Of a stretch of DNA of 64,000 nucleotides, positions 60,776 through 64,000 are shown piece by piece. Under the pieces are notes generated by a model. It did no database searches, was not told the DNA's origin, and saw nothing but the letters and a program-made list of their open reading frames with translations. A program made the position numbers and the translations under genes. The stretch's first letter is position 1; the number at the start of each line of letters is the position of its first letter. This DNA is from Halarcobacter sp. (GTDB lineage Bacteria > Campylobacterota > Campylobacteria > Campylobacterales > Arcobacteraceae). Location: contig CP182352.1 in assembly GCA_048571215.1 (NCBI GenBank), positions 224,001 through 288,000 of the forward strand, written 5' to 3'.

Positions 60776-61897
60776 ATGTTAGATTTGAATTTAGCTATTA
60801 TTGAAGATGATGAGATATTATTAAATAGACTTTATAAAATATTAAGTAGAGAAGTTAAATTAGTTAGCACTTATTCAAGTTCAAAATCTTTTTTAGATGA
60901 TCTAGATAAGGGAATAATTCCTAATGTAATCTTATCTGATATAAATATGAGTTCCATAAATGGTTTAGAAATGATTGCTATTTTAAGGGAAAAAAATATA
61001 AAAATCCCAGTTATATTAGCATCAGCATTTAGTGAACCAGAATATTTTATTGAAGCAATAAATTTAAGAGTTAGAAGATTTTTAGTAAAGCCTATAGATA
61101 TTGATATTTTATTAGATGAATTAAAACATATTGATGAAGAGTTAAAATTAAAAAGTGAATTGGAAACAAAAGACAATCTTCTATTGATTCAGTCAAAAAT
61201 GGCAGCTATGGGTGAGATGTTAGCTAATATTGCCCATCAATGGAAACAACCTTTAAATACAATTTCAATAAGTGCTTCAAGTATTCAATTAGCAAAAGAA
61301 CTAGAAACGGATATAAATGAAGAGGAGTTAAAAGATTTAATTGAGAACATTATTAATTCAGTAAAGTATATGAATGAAACTATAAGTGATTTTCAAAACT
61401 ATTTTAAACCAAATAAATTAGAGAAATGTTTTTATTTGGAAGATACCATTAAAAAGGTTGAAAAACTTTTACTCCCTCAATGTAAAACCCATAATATAGA
61501 GCTTATAAAATATATTGAAAATGTGACCTTATGTAGTTTTGAAAATGAGTTGATTCAAGTATTAATTAACTTGATTAAAAATTCTGTAGAACAGCTAAGC
61601 AATATTAGTGAAGATAGATTTATAATTATAAATATTTTTTCTCAAGATGAAAATACAATTATTGAAGTTAAAGATAATGGGGGAGGAATACCCTCTACGA
61701 TAATAGATAAAGTTTTTGATTCATATTTTACTACAAAAGGTGATAATGGAACAGGAATTGGGCTATATTTATCAAAAGAGATTGTAGAAAAACACCTAAA
61801 TGGACATATAAAAGTAGAAAATAGTAATTTCCTTTATGATAATAAAGAGTATTGTGGTGCTTGTTTTACTCTTACTTTAAAATCTTTAGAATTTTAA
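60776..61897 (+). CDS. Cytoplasmic hybrid REC-histidine kinase
   Basis: IIEDD, SDINM, VKP; IAHQWKQPL; DNGGG; GTGIGL. Confidence 0.92.
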   Translation: MLDLNLAIIEDDEILLNRLYKILSREVKLVSTYSSSKSFLDDLDKGIIPNVILSDINMSSINGLEMIAILREKNIKIPVILASAFSEPEYFIEAINLRVRRFLVKPIDIDILLDELKHIDEELKLKSELETKDNLLLIQSKMAAMGEMLANIAHQWKQPLNTISISASSIQLAKELETDINEEELKDLIENIINSVKYMNETISDFQNYFKPNKLEKCFYLEDTIKKVEKLLLPQCKTHNIELIKYIENVTLCSFENELIQVLINLIKNSVEQLSNISEDRFIIINIFSQDENTIIEVKDNGGGIPSTIIDKVFDSYFTTKGDNGTGIGLYLSKEIVEKHLNGHIKVENSNFLYDNKEYCGACFTLTLKSLEF

Positions 61898-61976
61898 TTA
61901 AAAAAAAGAACAAAATCTAGTTTAAAATATTTTAGATATAATATCAAATTTCAAAAATAGTTATTGAAAGGCGATA

Positions 61977-63275
61977 ATGAGTAGCAATAAAGTAGAACTT
62001 CTAAGTCCAGCAGGAAATTTAGAAAAATTAAAGATTGCTTTTAAATATGGTGCAGATGCAGTATATGGTGGTGTTAGCCACTTTAGTTTAAGAATTAGAA
62101 GTGGTAAAGAGTTTACATATGAGAGTTTTAAAGAGGGGATAGATTATGCTCACTCTTTGGGCAAAAAAGTATACGCTACCATAAATGGATTCCCTTTTAA
62201 TTCTCAAATAGAATTACTTAAAAAACATATTATTCAAATGGCAGAACTAGAACCAGATGCACTCATTGTTGCAGCCCCAGGGGTAGTAAGACTTTGTAGA
62301 GAACTAGCACCAAATATTCCAATACACTTATCAACCCAAGCAAATGTTATGAATTATCTTGATGCCCAAGTATATTATGATATGGGTGTTAGAAGGATAA
62401 TAGCAGCACGTGAGATTAGTTTAAAAGATGTGGTTGAGATAAAAAAACATCTTCCTGATATGGAGATTGAGATTTTTGTACATGGTTCTATGTGTTTTGC
62501 ATATAGTGGCAGATGCCTAGTTAGTGCAGTACAAATGGGAAGAGTCCCAAATAGAGGAAGTTGTGCCAATGATTGTAGATTTGAGTATACTTTATATGCT
62601 GCAAATGAGGATCATAGTAGTCTTTTTAGACTCGAAGAGGAACCAGGAGTTGGTACTTATATCTTCAATGCAAAAGATATGAACTTAGCTTCACACTTAG
62701 ATGAGATTTTAGCTTGCGGTGCAGTTGATTCAGTTAAGATTGAAGGGAGAACAAAATCTCCATATTATGCAGCAGTTACAGCCTATGCTTATAGACAGGC
62801 AATAGATGATTTTTATACAGATAGTTTTAAATCTTCTAAATACCAAGAAGAGTTAGCTACTACAAAAAATAGAGGCTTTACAGATGCCTATTTAATCCAT
62901 AGACCATTTGAAAAAAATGATACCCAAAATCATGAATATGCTTTAAGTAAAGGAAGTTATGAAGTTAGTGGTCTAGTAACTGAAGATGAAAAACATTTTT
63001 TATGTAAATATAAAACATATCCAAATGAAGAGACTGAGATATTTGCTCCTTTTGGTACTGAGATTGAAGAGATAGATAACGATATAGGGTCTATTTATAA
63101 AAAAGATGATGGGAAATATTATGTTTGTTTCAAAAAGATTTTAACTGAAACAAATAAAGAATTAGAATCTGTTCACAGTGGGAATACAAATAAAATCCAA
63201 TTACCAGGTAGATTGCCATATCTTACAATGCTTAGGGTAGAAAATACTGATCAGGAGTGTTGTGATAATCAATAA
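61977..63275 (+). CDS. U32 family protein (TrhP/YegQ-like, probably tRNA hydroxylation)
   Basis: ELLSPAG, GADAVY, HLSTQ, HGSMCFAYSGRC..NRGSCANDCR, KIEGR. Confidence 0.9.
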   Translation: MSSNKVELLSPAGNLEKLKIAFKYGADAVYGGVSHFSLRIRSGKEFTYESFKEGIDYAHSLGKKVYATINGFPFNSQIELLKKHIIQMAELEPDALIVAAPGVVRLCRELAPNIPIHLSTQANVMNYLDAQVYYDMGVRRIIAAREISLKDVVEIKKHLPDMEIEIFVHGSMCFAYSGRCLVSAVQMGRVPNRGSCANDCRFEYTLYAANEDHSSLFRLEEEPGVGTYIFNAKDMNLASHLDEILACGAVDSVKIEGRTKSPYYAAVTAYAYRQAIDDFYTDSFKSSKYQEELATTKNRGFTDAYLIHRPFEKNDTQNHEYALSKGSYEVSGLVTEDEKHFLCKYKTYPNEETEIFAPFGTEIEEIDNDIGSIYKKDDGKYYVCFKKILTETNKELESVHSGNTNKIQLPGRLPYLTMLRVENTDQECCDNQ

Positions 63276-64000
63276 TGGTAGTATTTAGAGCAAGTGAGAA
63301 TGTAAATATCAAAACAACTGATGGTACTTTAGTTGAATATAAAAAGTTTAAAAATCCATCTGAGTTTTACAATGAAACTGTATATATTACTAGTTATGAA
63401 GATTTTGAAAATCTAAAAAGAGTTTTTAAATCTGTTGGTGAAAAATATAAAACAAGAGTTTTAGATGAAGCTAAGATTAGGTATTTAAGCCAGTTTCCTA
63501 AAGAGCTTGGCATTTCAAATATTAATGAACATTCTATTAAACAAAGACTAGACTTTGAGTATAAAAAGCTTCATAAAACTGTTGATTTAAGTGAGCTTAA
63601 CTCTTTATACCTAAATGAAAGCAATAGTGATTTAAAAAAACAAATTGCTGGGAGTTTAAAACAGGATATAACACTGTTAGTTCTTGGAAGTTTTGGAGCA
63701 TCTATTTCTGAAATTATTTGTGGATGTACTGCTCTTAGGATTTTTTATGAAGAGCTAAAAAAAAGATTTAAGAGTGTTAAAATTGATATATATTTAAATG
63801 CTTCAGAAAATAAATATTATAGTAGAGATAAGTTGATATATATAAATCAATCTTTTATAAATAAAGTTAATCCCTTATCCCTTGATATTAAGCAATTTTG
63901 TAATTATGATTATTTTGTTGACACAAGCTCTGTTATAAATAGAAGCTACTATAAAAATCTGTCTTTAGTTGATGCTTGGCTTTATAAATTTGGAATCGAT
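63275..64000 (+). CDS. Hypothetical protein, truncated by the window end; possible GT9-like glycosyltransferase domain
   Basis: ATG overlaps the U32 stop (TAATG); frame open for 242 codons to base 64000; LLVLGSFGASISEII..TALR resembles a GT9 N-terminus. Confidence 0.65.
   Translation, partial: MVVFRASENVNIKTTDGTLVEYKKFKNPSEFYNETVYITSYEDFENLKRVFKSVGEKYKTRVLDEAKIRYLSQFPKELGISNINEHSIKQRLDFEYKKLHKTVDLSELNSLYLNESNSDLKKQIAGSLKQDITLLVLGSFGASISEIICGCTALRIFYEELKKRFKSVKIDIYLNASENKYYSRDKLIYINQSFINKVNPLSLDIKQFCNYDYFVDTSSVINRSYYKNLSLVDAWLYKFGID

Overview
AT-rich chromosomal window from a Campylobacterota bacterium, most likely Arcobacteraceae (inferred from gene order, separate rpoB/rpoC, HQW-type kinase H-boxes and [12 protein letters not shown] chemoreceptor tips). 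About 1-27 kb is core: ftsW(partial)-murG, uppP, mqnA-like, moaDE, hisJ-like, glnA, PBP1A, gpmI, mraY-murD, tRNA Phe-Thr-Tyr-Gly, tuf-rpmG-tRNA-Trp-secE-nusG-rplKAJL-rpoBC. About 27-44 kb is a 17-kb accessory stretch between rpoC and rpsL: EAL protein, Ni/Co ECF transporter, stand-alone Cache protein plus chemoreceptors, methyltransferases, a palindromic MITE-like element, a DUF1294-like pseudogene, and an ORF6N gene followed by a structured non-coding region. About 44-64 kb holds rpsL-rpsG-fusA, a four-SPOR-like protein, nadK-recN, an ankyrin protein, a chemoreceptor/two-component cluster, a U32 protein and a truncated ORF. I found no CRISPR array, rRNA, transposase, integrase or clear defence system. 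The best leads are non-coding: a 47-bp GGA-containing tandem repeat upstream of mraY, the structured region after ORF6N, and a switch-like rpsL leader. All family assignments come from reading motifs by eye; no searches were run.
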